Shown here: in pieces, positions 51,079 to 62,420 of the stretch | How positions within the stretch are numbered: the stretch's first letter is position 1 | How the letters are laid out: each line of letters begins with the position of its first letter | Assembly: GCA_964187785.1 (NCBI GenBank) | Contig: OZ076409.1 | Coordinates: 31,064,001 to 31,128,000, forward strand | Reading direction: 5' to 3' | Length of the DNA: 64,000 bases | Source of the DNA: Amphiscolops sp. MND2022 | Lineage: Eukaryota | Made by a program: the position numbers and the translations under genes | The notes under the pieces: generated by a model | The model's database searches: none | The model's input: the letters and a program-made list of their open reading frames with translations, nothing else | Told to the model about the DNA's origin: nothing

Positions 51079-51451
51079 TAGAAAAAAATTCAAAATTTTT
51101 TAGCGATCTCCCATTTTTTCTCAAAATTGAATTTTTTGTTTTCAATTAGGTAAAGCGTTTCTCAATGCTCGAAGAGGCATCGGATGCCCTTTCGGGTACT
51201 TTTTGGTTTTGTGAGATCGCTGATAGATTTTTGAATAAGTTTTTCTGACTATATTTTAGAAGCTATGCTCACAGGCTCACAGTGCCGAAAAAGCCAAACA
51301 AGGGGATAAAACATTGCTCAAAAACTAGAACTTGCTCAATTGTACAAGAACAATAAAGTGAATGTAATTGGTATCTTACTTTTTTGAGTGAAAAGTCGTT
51401 TGAATAGATAATACCTTATTTGTAAATGACATCAGAGATCTTACTATTCAG

Positions 51452-51602
51452 CGCTGTATGTGCCGCCACTTGCACGAGCACAGCTCCCTCCTGAAGAAGA
51501 TTTGCCGAAACGAAGAACAAACCTCGACATCAAAGCATTGTTTCCCAAGAGGATAGAGCTACAAGGATATGACCCCGTGGCATATGTAGATGGCGCTCTC
51601 AA
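51452..51602 (+). CDS. AK9: Host adenylate kinase 9-like gene, next exon
   Basis: AG/GT-bounded exon encoding (A)LYVPPLARAQLPPEEDLPKR..LFPKRIELQGYDPVAYVDG. It is phase-1 compatible with the 21166-21381 exon and follows it in AK9 order. Confidence 0.8.
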
Positions 51603-52488
51603 GTAAATCAATCACTTCTGTGTTGAACATAGTAACCAATGATGAATCATGTCAAATTAGCATAACTTCAATCCACCCCATGTTGATTCACCCTCAATTA
51701 GTGTCAGTCCATCTAGGACCATATTAAATAGTTAGAAAGTAGCAAAGGATCCCCCTTTTAGGTTTTCCGGCGCTGAGCAACTTTTTTTCCAAAAGTTTTA
51801 GAATTATTTTTTTGACATTTTGTGTGAGAAAAAGCCTTTTCAAGCCTAAAGATTTTTTTGCACTGTGATACTTTAAGAATTTCCACAGAGCGGCGTTTTA
51901 TATGTAAATTCATTCAAATGAACCAGTTTTGCCCAGTTCTCTGTAGCTTTTCCGTTGATTTGTTCGGTGTTGACGTCATTCAAGAGTTAGCTAACTACCT
52001 TCCGATTGATTTGATCGGAGCTGTTTTTGAGTACTTGTTTCATTCTCGAGAAATTCTTGTCGAAATTAAGGATAAATGTCACATTTGAACTTCAAACATA
52101 GTTTTTTTTCGAAACTGATCAACCGAATTCCTTTACAAAGAGCTGATAAAAAATACCCGAATTCCCGAGTAAAATTATTCGTTTTTTTTTGCAAAATGTT
52201 TTTTTTGTCTGAATTTCCCCGAGATGATATTGTCGTACAAAACTTCAAGATACAAAAATTTGAAGATGGAAAAACGTCTGGAAAACTTCCTCTTAAGCCA
52301 AAGTTTTGTTTCAAATTGTTGTCGATTCCTTCTACAAGCAATCAAATGTCAAGAAGATAGGCTCCACGGTTGTTTGCGAAAGCATTTTGCCTTCAGTGAT
52401 GTTTGATAGTTAAAAGATAAATGGTTTTCTAATTGATAGTTATATTGAAGACGTTACAACTTATATCATAACTTAACCTTACATCATA

Positions 52489-52679
52489 TGTAGAGAGTAC
52501 AGACAATTAACTTAATTAGTCTATAAACTGTCTACTACATTTGTAATTGATGTTCTTTTATTTAAATACCTGCCACTTAAGCGCAGATGATCTACCATCA
52601 GAAAGCTTGTATAGTAAGCTAGAAAACAATTGAGTTTTGTACTGAGATATTTCTTTAACCGTAAAGCTAGATTACAACA
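52489..52679 (+). repeat. 5' LTR
   Basis: Direct repeat of 58360-58550. Confidence 0.97.
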
Positions 52680-52691
52680 TGGCGCAGTCAG
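52680..52691 (+). promoter_or_regulatory. Primer-binding site (probably tRNA-Ser)
   Basis: TGGCGCAGTCAG immediately after the LTR; complementary to a ...CUGACUGCGCCA tRNA 3' end, as in invertebrate tRNA-Ser. Confidence 0.65.
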
Positions 52692-52747
52692 AATAGCGTT
52701 CAAGCTATACACGATTCACACCAAAGAAGAGAAAGTAACCATTCAAT

Positions 52748-55700
52748 ATGGACGAAAACACGGGAGACGGAGAGAACACACAGACGTCAACGGGAACACA
52801 ACGAGACGGACAAACGTTACCGAACGACACAATGAACAGGACGGCAGACCGGACCTGCACCCAGAAGCTCACCATTCCCACGCTAGAAAAGCAAGACCAA
52901 GCCAATGCAAACATGTGGTGGAGAAAATTCGTCCAATATATAAAAATGACGAAAGACATAGACTTGTCAACCATGACGAACAGCAAAGAAATCCTACCAC
53001 AATACCGTGAACAACTCGAAACAGATATAAAAGACATTTTTATCTGGGCAATCGGACAAAATGCTATCACGGAGATGACAAAGACGGTCAGGGAAAGAGA
53101 ACCGAGCTCATTACCGCTATACAAACTCTACACACTCTTCCGACTACACTTCACCCCAGAGAGGAACGTACACCATAGCAGAGCCGATTTCTTTGATTTG
53201 AAACGGGAAGACGGCGAAACTGCAGCAGATGTATGGAAACGGATATTAGAAGTGGAAAAGAACTGCGAGTTTGAAACAGTTACCGCAGCAGAGCTCTTAG
53301 CATCAAAATTTTTGTCACTGATCGGTAAATCAACCGGTGACTACGACTTAAAAAAGAAAATTAGAAAGAGTGATATGTCGGTAGAAGCCATAACCGATGC
53401 AATACATGAGTATATGTACGAAAAATTAAACGACTCACCTGAAACAGAGGAAGAGAAGAAAATCCGATATGTAAACAAACGAAAAACAAAAACCACAAAA
53501 GAACAACCAGAAAAACCGGCAAAATTTAAAAAGATTGACTGCAACCGTTGCGGAGCACCGAACTGGTCACGTCAACATGAATGTCCCGCCAGAGGAAAGA
53601 AATGCGCAAAATGTAGCAAAATTGGCCATTTCGCTAAATGCTGCCGCGCAAACAAAAGAGTAAACCACTTAATGGAAGGTGAAACAAGCAGCGCAGGTGA
53701 AGACGACTGGACACCGAACACAATCCATTCAGTAAAACAAAAGATACATTCAACCCGGTCGATGAGCAACAACGGACCGGAATTCTTCACAATTACCGCA
53801 TTGGTTAACAACCGACCAATAAAATTCATAATAGACAGCGGTTCACCAGTAACGCTAATACCAAAATCACAATTCAACAAGTTAACACCGTTACACCCTT
53901 TAGAAACCGAATACCGGGACGTGAATGACAACCGGATACGATTTGAAGGGAAAACAACCGCGAAAGTAGAAATTAACGGAACACGAAAAGAACTGGAGCT
54001 TCTAGTAACAACCAAGAAAACAAACCCCCTGCTAGGTTTGGATTGGATGAAAAAATTGGGAATAACGCTGGAGACCGGTATGACCGTCTCACAAATACAT
54101 CGAATAAAAGAAGACACAGATGTAACAAAATTAAAAACAAAATTCAAAAAGCTGTTCAATGAAAACCATACAGTAAACGGGTTAGAAGTGAAAATACAAC
54201 TGAAAGAAAATGCCAAATTGATACAACAGAAGGGAAGACCCATACCGATACATTTGCAACAATCGGTGGAAAAAGAAATAGAAAAGTTAATAAAACAAGG
54301 CCACATTGAAAAGGCCAACAATATTGATGAAAATTGCTTCGTGAGCCCAGCAGTCATCACGGTAAAGAAAGATAAATCCGTAAAAATTGCGTTAGATTCA
54401 AGAAAGCTAAACGAAATAACCGTGAAACGAAAAGCTCAAATGCCAAACATGGAAGAGCTAATTTCGAGAATATCGAGAAAAATAGCAGACGGTCCAGCAG
54501 ATGAAATCTGGATTTCCAAATTCGATTTAGACTATGCTTACGGTCAGCTCATACTTTCAAAATCAGCCAGAAACTTGTGCATATTCGCTGTAACCGGAGG
54601 AAACTTCACCGGTTACTACCGCTTCCTAAAAGGATTTTACGGGTTAGCGGATATACCGACGATATTCCAAGAAAAGATCGACCAAACACTGGAAAACAAA
54701 CATCCAGCATGGCTAGACGATATCATCGTGGTAACGAAAGGATCCAAAGAAGAACACATGAAAGAATTAATTGACGTTCTAACCAAACTCGAAAACGCTG
54801 GATACAGACTGAGTGAGACAAAATCCGAATTTTTCAAAACAGAAATTGAATGGATCGGTCACCGGATAGATCAAGCCGGAATCCGACCGTTACAAGACAA
54901 ACTACTGGCTATAAAAGAATTGAAACAACCGAACAACGAAAAGGAATTAAAATCCTTTTTGGGAGCCATCCAGTACTTGTCAAAATATATTGACAACCTT
55001 TCCGCCCAAACCGATAGTCTGAGACAGTTGCTGAAAAAAAATACCAAATGGCTCTGGACGGAAGAACATACACGGGCTTTCGAAAATTTAAAACAAAAGA
55101 TCACGGAAATACCGTGTCTAGCACATTACAACTCCGATTATCCAAACGTGATAACAACCGACGCGAGCACAAAAGGCCTAGGGGCAACCTTATGGCAAGA
55201 ACAACCGAACGGAACACTAAAACCCATTGGTTTTGCAAGTCGCTTCCTATCAGACACAGAAAAAAAATACGCCATCAATGAACTTGAACTACTGGCAGTA
55301 GTTTGGGGCCTAGAACATTTCCGTCTATACATTTATGGTAAACCTATTAAGCTCTTGACGGATCACCAGGCATTAGAACCATTAATTAAACGAAATCGCT
55401 CCAATAAAACATATAGCGCACGCTTAACACGGTGGTTGGACCGGTTAGCACATTTCACGATCAACGTAAACCATATAGCAGGCAAACACTTAGCACTCAC
55501 GGATTATCTCAGCAGAAATCCGGTATTACCACCACAAGCGGACGATACGTACGACGAAGAATACGTAATCAACAATATCATTCCACACTACAGCTTCATC
55601 TCCAAATACGGTTGCCTTAGCAACCATGCGAGCCAATCAGAAAACGGTACCGAGATAAGTGAACGCAAATCGAACAACGAGCCATCGACAAACGACACGC

Positions 55701-58381
55701 GTGAACAAACTGCCATTGATTGCCTTAACAGCGCCGTACACACACGCTCAAAGCCAAACAAATTAAACAACCTAAAGCATACCACATTAAAAATGGATGC
55801 TAAAACGATCGAAAACATCGAAGCAAGATTTAATTCCGCTGAAATAACCGAGCTAACGACTCGGTGGAAAGAAATTGTCAAACCCGGAATTTACCGCATG
55901 ACCGGGGGGAGATGGAAACGCTACCATGAACCTAAATTCCTTCGCAACGAGAGGAAAGTCATAGAGGAACGACTACAACAACTTACCAGTAATCGACAAC
56001 CAGAAGACCTTCGACAAATTATCGGACCGCAACACAAAGGGGGCTATCAACCACAAACCGGTCACTCCGAGCAATGGACAGTGGACCCATATTGGGACAT
56101 GGACCGACCAACCCCAGTTCAACCGGACAAACCTGGCCCATCCTCCGCACCAATCCCGATGGAAGAAGGTGAGATTGACTCGGAAACGGACCAAGACCCT
56201 TCGGTCCTAGAGGTGCCAGCAATAAATTGGGCACGATACGTCGGGGTAAAAAGTGTCCAGTACGTAAAGATGGGACACGCACCAAGAGTCGCAGCAGAAG
56301 AGCGAAATCAATGGAATCTCGAACACGCAGTGCGGGAGACAGAAAAGAACTTCTCCACGGATTTGCAGCTATTGATGAATGAGACCACAAACGACCCCAG
56401 CTTGCTAAAAACCCTGGTATGTCTCGAAAGACAACAGCACGAAATGATACCGGAGGAATATCAAACGGTCAGAAGAAAACTATCCAGCCGGTTCGGTCTT
56501 GTTTTCATGGAAGACAGAATTATAGTACCAAAAAACCTCCGAACCACAGTCATCAGCCTTTTGCACAAAGGACATCCAGCCATCAATAAGATGACTCTGG
56601 CAGCTCGACACTTCCGGTGGCCGAAGATGACAGAAACCATACAGAAAAAATGTGAAACTTGCATCCCCTGCAAAATGTCCGGTAAGAGCATAAAACCTAA
56701 CATACCCAGCACGGAAAAAAATAACCTACCCCCGGTGAATAGTCCGAACGAAGAAATCCAATTGGATTTCATCGGACCAATCACGGATAATAACCGTCGA
56801 TTTTATATATTACTATCCATTGACCGGTACAGTAAATGGCCGGCAGCCAGTTTCTGCAAACACACCGACGGGGAAACGGCGGTAAAATTTCTTGAACAAT
56901 ATATTCAACTGAACGGTATACCAAAGACAATTAGAACCGATAAGGCGACTGCGTTTACGGGCCGCACTTTCCGCAATTTCTGCAAAAAACACTACATTAA
57001 ACTGATCTACGGAACACCGTACATCCACACCCCCACAGGCTTAGTAGAAAGAGGGGTCAGAACTCTGAAAGATAATCTTCTAACGAACATTAAGGCCGGA
57101 GAACGATTCGGAAAAGCTCTAGACTTGTCATTAGACGTGATGAGAAAAACACCTCACACGAAACTAAAAAAGTCCGCATTCGAACTACATTACGGTCGAA
57201 AACCAAACACGGAAATTTCTAATCTGTTAAGCTTAGATAACTTGAAAAATCTAACAAAGAATTCCATTTCAGCGAAACCAGATACCTTACAGGTATATTC
57301 ATTCAGCGGAGTTGGCGGTGTCTCCGACCAGCTACCGATGAAGACAAGAAAAAGCGATAAAGGAGTTAGTAACCACCCTTTCCTTTTCTTAGAAAAAAAA
57401 CATCACAAAACAAAGTTCGAAAGTGCATATACAGATAAACCGAATATAGCTATTTCGGAAACGAACCATACCGTAACAACGCCAAACGGAAGAACAATAC
57501 ACAAGAAATCTATTAGTAAACCCATCTGTAATTTTAACCAGGAATGCAACAACAACAGAGGAACTGGGCCGAGAGGGCCAGACGGCCGGTTTACAAGATC
57601 ACCATCAAAACCGAAGAGGGCATACGTGATCGAATCAGACACCGAGACACCGCTACCAGAAATCAACAGCCCAATCACCACGGACCAACCGGACAACGCC
57701 ACGGTGAGAAACGGTACGTATGGCAGAGGCAGACCAGTGAAACTAATACGAGACCGGAGAAACTCAAGCCCCCACCAATCCCCACCAGGAGGGACGGGCA
57801 GCACTGGCCCACTTACCATCATCGCAGCCAACATGACAGACACGGAGATCAACCGTGCTATCGAAGACGCTAGACAAGCGAACGATGAACTTTTTATCAG
57901 AGATGATAATGGTAAGGTGTTTAAAAATCTGACTTCTTTTCCTAAAACGGGGGAAGAGAACAACTTTGAAAATTCTGAATTAGACTTGATCAGTAATCTG
58001 AGCTCTAGCACTGAATTAGAAGCAGATATTAAACACGAAGAAGAAAAAACAGTACGCAGATCAAAAAGACTAACAAAAACCAACCCAATTGTTAGATATA
58101 ATAACCCGGTATGTCATGATTACAGGAAACACCGTAGAAAGGCTGAACCTGAACCAAATGGAAACGGAACCAAACAACCTCAACTAGCCCATACAACGGA
58201 CAACAAACTGACGTCACGGACAAACACTCACCGTGACAACCACACAAGCGAGGATCGGTCATCCGTCCATAAACAACTGGACCATTGGAGGAACTACCGC
58301 CATACAGCAGAAGAACAGAAACCCATTGGCCGAACATCAGCCAATAGTGAGGGGGGAAATGTAGAGAGTACAGACAATTAA
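52748..58381 (+). CDS. Gag-Pol polyprotein (1877 aa): Gag with Zn knuckles, aspartic protease, RT, RNase H, integrase
   Basis: CNRC..HECPA..CAKCSKIGHFAKCC; IDSGS; WLDD; TDAS..ELE..TDH; HKGH..CETCIPC; QLDF/RTDK/LVER. Confidence 0.97.
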   Translation: MDENTGDGENTQTSTGTQRDGQTLPNDTMNRTADRTCTQKLTIPTLEKQDQANANMWWRKFVQYIKMTKDIDLSTMTNSKEILPQYREQLETDIKDIFIWAIGQNAITEMTKTVREREPSSLPLYKLYTLFRLHFTPERNVHHSRADFFDLKREDGETAADVWKRILEVEKNCEFETVTAAELLASKFLSLIGKSTGDYDLKKKIRKSDMSVEAITDAIHEYMYEKLNDSPETEEEKKIRYVNKRKTKTTKEQPEKPAKFKKIDCNRCGAPNWSRQHECPARGKKCAKCSKIGHFAKCCRANKRVNHLMEGETSSAGEDDWTPNTIHSVKQKIHSTRSMSNNGPEFFTITALVNNRPIKFIIDSGSPVTLIPKSQFNKLTPLHPLETEYRDVNDNRIRFEGKTTAKVEINGTRKELELLVTTKKTNPLLGLDWMKKLGITLETGMTVSQIHRIKEDTDVTKLKTKFKKLFNENHTVNGLEVKIQLKENAKLIQQKGRPIPIHLQQSVEKEIEKLIKQGHIEKANNIDENCFVSPAVITVKKDKSVKIALDSRKLNEITVKRKAQMPNMEELISRISRKIADGPADEIWISKFDLDYAYGQLILSKSARNLCIFAVTGGNFTGYYRFLKGFYGLADIPTIFQEKIDQTLENKHPAWLDDIIVVTKGSKEEHMKELIDVLTKLENAGYRLSETKSEFFKTEIEWIGHRIDQAGIRPLQDKLLAIKELKQPNNEKELKSFLGAIQYLSKYIDNLSAQTDSLRQLLKKNTKWLWTEEHTRAFENLKQKITEIPCLAHYNSDYPNVITTDASTKGLGATLWQEQPNGTLKPIGFASRFLSDTEKKYAINELELLAVVWGLEHFRLYIYGKPIKLLTDHQALEPLIKRNRSNKTYSARLTRWLDRLAHFTINVNHIAGKHLALTDYLSRNPVLPPQADDTYDEEYVINNIIPHYSFISKYGCLSNHASQSENGTEISERKSNNEPSTNDTREQTAIDCLNSAVHTRSKPNKLNNLKHTTLKMDAKTIENIEARFNSAEITELTTRWKEIVKPGIYRMTGGRWKRYHEPKFLRNERKVIEERLQQLTSNRQPEDLRQIIGPQHKGGYQPQTGHSEQWTVDPYWDMDRPTPVQPDKPGPSSAPIPMEEGEIDSETDQDPSVLEVPAINWARYVGVKSVQYVKMGHAPRVAAEERNQWNLEHAVRETEKNFSTDLQLLMNETTNDPSLLKTLVCLERQQHEMIPEEYQTVRRKLSSRFGLVFMEDRIIVPKNLRTTVISLLHKGHPAINKMTLAARHFRWPKMTETIQKKCETCIPCKMSGKSIKPNIPSTEKNNLPPVNSPNEEIQLDFIGPITDNNRRFYILLSIDRYSKWPAASFCKHTDGETAVKFLEQYIQLNGIPKTIRTDKATAFTGRTFRNFCKKHYIKLIYGTPYIHTPTGLVERGVRTLKDNLLTNIKAGERFGKALDLSLDVMRKTPHTKLKKSAFELHYGRKPNTEISNLLSLDNLKNLTKNSISAKPDTLQVYSFSGVGGVSDQLPMKTRKSDKGVSNHPFLFLEKKHHKTKFESAYTDKPNIAISETNHTVTTPNGRTIHKKSISKPICNFNQECNNNRGTGPRGPDGRFTRSPSKPKRAYVIESDTETPLPEINSPITTDQPDNATVRNGTYGRGRPVKLIRDRRNSSPHQSPPGGTGSTGPLTIIAANMTDTEINRAIEDARQANDELFIRDDNGKVFKNLTSFPKTGEENNFENSELDLISNLSSSTELEADIKHEEEKTVRRSKRLTKTNPIVRYNNPVCHDYRKHRRKAEPEPNGNGTKQPQLAHTTDNKLTSRTNTHRDNHTSEDRSSVHKQLDHWRNYRHTAEEQKPIGRTSANSEGGNVESTDN

Positions 58382-58550
58382 CTTAATTAGTCTATAAACT
58401 GTCTACTACATTTGTAATTGATGTTCTTTTATTTAAATACCTGCCACTTAAGCGCAGATGATCTACCATCAGAAAGCTTGTATAGTAAGCTAGAAAACAA
58501 TTGAGTTTTGTACTGAGATATTTCTTTAACCGTAAAGCTAGATTACAACA
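58360..58550 (+). repeat. 3' LTR
   Basis: Direct repeat of 52489-52679, followed by TSD TCATA. Confidence 0.97.
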
Positions 58551-58568
58551 TCATAATACGCTGAAATC

Positions 58569-59576
58569 AAGTGTCGGACGTTTAACATCTGCAAAACGGC
58601 TTTCGAAATTAGAACCAATCAGTTGAAAGATTGAATTCTCTAATTATATTACTGTGATTCGGGTGGATTTGGATTCGGTTTTCTCGGAATCGGTTGAAAA
58701 TTTTTAAGAGCATCAGAGACAAAAGTGGCTTAGCATTTCATTTATTATACTATTGTAATTTTTTTTTGAAATATTCTGGGAAAGTTACAAATATCTTATT
58801 TCGAGCGAATTCGGGATTTTTCCGTTTTTCCAATTTTTGTGATTTACCTACACTTTTTTGGCAAGTTTTAAACTCAATTAACGCCCCAAAACATACTGAA
58901 GTTTTGGATATATTATGTGATTTAAAAAATGATCAGCGGTTTTGAAAGATCAGGCTCGAAAGGTAAAATTTGTACGATTTGCATGTATTAAGTTCGTTAA
59001 TTATGTTTTCGCGGTGAAAAACGCGAATATCATTTAATTTAAAATGTTTCTTGCACGCAAAGTACATATAAATGAATTCTAGGTAATCCGCAGAATCCAT
59101 TGACTAAAGTTTCAGAAGAAATTCAAAATGCCAAATTTGGGAAAATAACTGAAGTGTTTTTTCTGCGCCTGAGATTTCACTAAATGGACCAATCAGAACT
59201 GGAAGTGGTGCAAATAAGCAAATTTAATCGGTTGATAAAGACGATCAGCGCATATGGGCATGATTTTTTAATCACAGTACTGTTGACATTCAAATATCAC
59301 AATTCAACATTAGATTTTAGTAATTCCTTCGCGCACCACTGCTTGAATTACCACCATAAATAAAATTGGCAGTTTGCGGTTACGCGTTGCAACATTCCGT
59401 TCTTTCTACCTCTTTTATAGCCCGATATTAGCGTAGCCTAATCTTCAATGTCTTTTTTGGTAATTTTGACTGTCTATTTTTTCGAATCACGCAATTGGAA
59501 TCAAGATTGATTACGCACACTGATTTTGAAAAACAAATTTGAATGTCCTGTTGCAAATTTTTAACGTCCGACACTG
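58569..59576. mobile_element. Tc1/mariner-like non-autonomous element
   Basis: AGTGTCGGACGTTTAACATCTGCAA at ~58570 is inverted to TTGCAAATTTTTAACGTCCGACACTG-TA at 59551-59578. Confidence 0.65.
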
Positions 59577-60307
59577 TAACTGTTCATGTGGTCGTAATTG
59601 CTATTAATGAACGAACCACTTTCAGTTGCTCAACATATGGGCTGAAATGAACTTGGTAGTGAAATGAACGCGCACCATTTGATCAGCTTTCTTTTAGCCC
59701 GATTAGTCTGATAGAAAAGTAGAAACCGGTTTAAAAATGGAAGAACCTTGAAAGAATTGAGGAAACTGCCGTTGCTTTAATTGATCAGTGCGCCTTCCAA
59801 CTGCATTATTCTGCCATTCCTCAGATGGTAACCAATCAGTGATTTCAAGAGAACATCTCGTTCTTCCGGTGCTTCCTTCATATATCCCTGGTATGAGGAA
59901 TCCCGTTATAGGCCAGAGAACAATCAAATTAGGCTGTTGTCATGGTAAGTCAAAAATTAGTCATTTTTCAATGGTATAAAATGTACTAACATTAGTAGTA
60001 AGGGAAGGGGGGTTTACTGCAATTTTTGGATCCCAAACCATCATCTGCAATTTTTCGATCCCAAACCACCGAGTGTAATTTTTCGATCCCAAACCGAAAT
60101 TCGTCTAAGTCAGAAAGGTCAAAGATCATTTTGTTTGAACTGTCAAATTTTGTATATTTTATCACTCAACTGTCAAATTTCATTTACTATTCGTCAAAAT
60201 TGGCTTTTCAGACTTAGAATAAACTCAACTAGGGAGCCAAAAAAATGCAATGAGATTCTGAGAATAATTTCGGCGAAAGAGCTGTAAACATGCACAAACT
60301 TGCAGCT

Positions 60308-62158
60308 TTACGACCGTGTTCATTGAATTTTAGCTACTTTAGACCTATAGTATGGTACTGTACATTCAAATATAGATCGAATATAAGTCCTACACGACTG
60401 TGTTCATCGAATCTTAGCTACCTTAGACGTAAAGTATTGTACTGTATACTGAATGATAGATCCAATATAAGTCCTATACGTCTATGTTCATTGAATCTTA
60501 GCTACTTTAGACCTATAGTATTGTACTGTACATTGAAATACAGATCGAATATAAGTCCTACACGACCGTGTTCTTTGAATCTTAGCTTCTTTAGACCTAC
60601 AGTATGGGGCTGTATATCGAACGATATATCAAATATAAGTCCTACACGACCGTGTTCATCGAATCTTAGCTACCTTAGACGTATAGTATTGTACTGTATA
60701 CTGAATGATAGATCCAATATAAGTCCTATACGTCTATGTTCATTAAATCTTACCTACATTAGACCTATAGTATGGTACTGTATAGTGAAAGATAGATCGA
60801 ATATAAGTCCAATACTATCGTCTTCATCGAATCTTAGCTACTCTAGTCCTATATTATGGTACTGTATTTTGAAAGAAAGATCGAATATAAGTCCTATAGA
60901 ACATTGTTCATTAAACCTTAGCTACTTTAGACCTATAGTATTGTACTGAATATTGAAATATAGATCGAATATAGGTCCTATACGAAAGTGTTCATCGAAT
61001 CTTAGCTACTTTATAATATGGAACTGTATATTGAAAAATAGATCGAAAATAAGTCCAATACTATCGTGTTAAGCGAGTCTTAGCTACTTTAGAAATATAA
61101 TACAGTAATGTATATTGAAAGATAGATCGAATATAATTTCTATACGATCGTGTTCATCGAATCTTAGCTACTTTACACCTACAATATGGTACTGTATATT
61201 AAGAGATAGATCAAACAAAGGTCTCATATGGGTCTGTTCATCGAATCGTAGGTACTTTAGACCTATTGTATGGTACTGTATATTGAAACATTGATCGAAT
61301 ATAAAACCCATACGATCGTGTTCACTTAATACTAGCTACCTTAGACATATTATGATATATTTTAGACCTATAGTATGGTATGGTACTGTATATTGAAACA
61401 ATGATCGAATATAAAACCCATACGATCGTGTTCACTTAATATTAGCTACCTTAGACATATTATGATACTGTATATTGAAAGATAAATATAATTCCTATAC
61501 GGCTAGGTTCATTGAATCTTAGCTACTTTAGTCCTATAGTTTTGTACTGTTTATTGAAAGATATATCGAATATAAGTCCTATACGAAAGTGTTCATCGAA
61601 TCTTCGCTACTTTAGACTTATAGTTTGGAACTGCATATTGAAAAAAACAGATCGCATTTAAGTCCAATACTACCTTGTTCATCGAATCTGAGCTACTTTA
61701 GACCTATCATATGATACTGTATATTTAAAGATAGATCGAACAAAGGTCCTATACAGCTGTGTTCATAGAATCTCAGCTACTTAAGTCCTTTAGAATGGTG
61801 TTGTGAATTGAAAGATAGATCGAATTTAATTCCTATACGGCTGTGTTCATTGAATCTTAGCTACTTTAGTCCTATCGTATTGTATTGTAATGGAAAGATA
61901 AATCGAATCTAAGTCCTATACGAAAGTTTCATCGAATCTTAGCTACTTTAGAAATCCGGTATAGTAATGTAAAATGAAAGATAGATCGAATATAAGTCAA
62001 TACGACCGTGCTCATCGGTTCTTTACTATATTAGACCTATAATATGGTACTGTATATTGAAACATAGATCGAACAATGGTCCTATACGGCTCTGTTTGTT
62101 GAATTTCATCTACTATAGTCCAATAGTGTGGTACTGTATATTGAAAGGGAAGATCGAA
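60308..62158. repeat. 84-bp tandem satellite (~22 diverged copies)
   Basis: Unit cgac.gtgttcat.gaatcttagctactttagacctatagtatggtactgtatattgaaagatagatcgaatataagtcctata; starts at 60311, 60395 and onward. Confidence 0.95.
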
Positions 62159-62420
62159 TGGTCTTGTGATATAAACAAACGGAAACTATGTTGACAACTC
62201 AAACGAACTTCCAATCCAAGTTGAATTCAGAAGTTTGCACAGTCATCCGAAGAGTCAATATCAACAAGGAATCAACTTAACATTTCTACGTTGTCTATTG
62301 CAAGTGAAACAAAAGGATCTAGGAGTTGATAAAACAAAACCTGACTCAAAAACCGTTTCTATTATCATAACACTTTTTGACGATGAACGCTGTTGGACGA
62401 AGTTTTGCAGGAAACACGAA

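Larger units (their letters stand above)
52489..58550 (+). mobile_element. Intact Ty3/Gypsy (Mag-like) LTR retrotransposon
   Basis: TG..CA LTRs at 52489-52679 and 58360-58550 (191 bp, identical by eye); TSD TCATA; PBS TGGCGCAGTCAG; PPT GAGGGGGGAAA. Confidence 0.97.

Noticed and set aside
53341..58337. Several minus-strand ORFs up to 262 aa within the Gypsy
   Set aside because: Antisense shadows of the long A-rich Gag-Pol ORF.
60290..60949. 219-aa ORF with 28-aa period (C2H2 zinc-finger array or CRISPR array?)
   Set aside because: There is no CxxC..H..H pattern on either strand and no unique spacers. It is a by-product of the 84-bp satellite.
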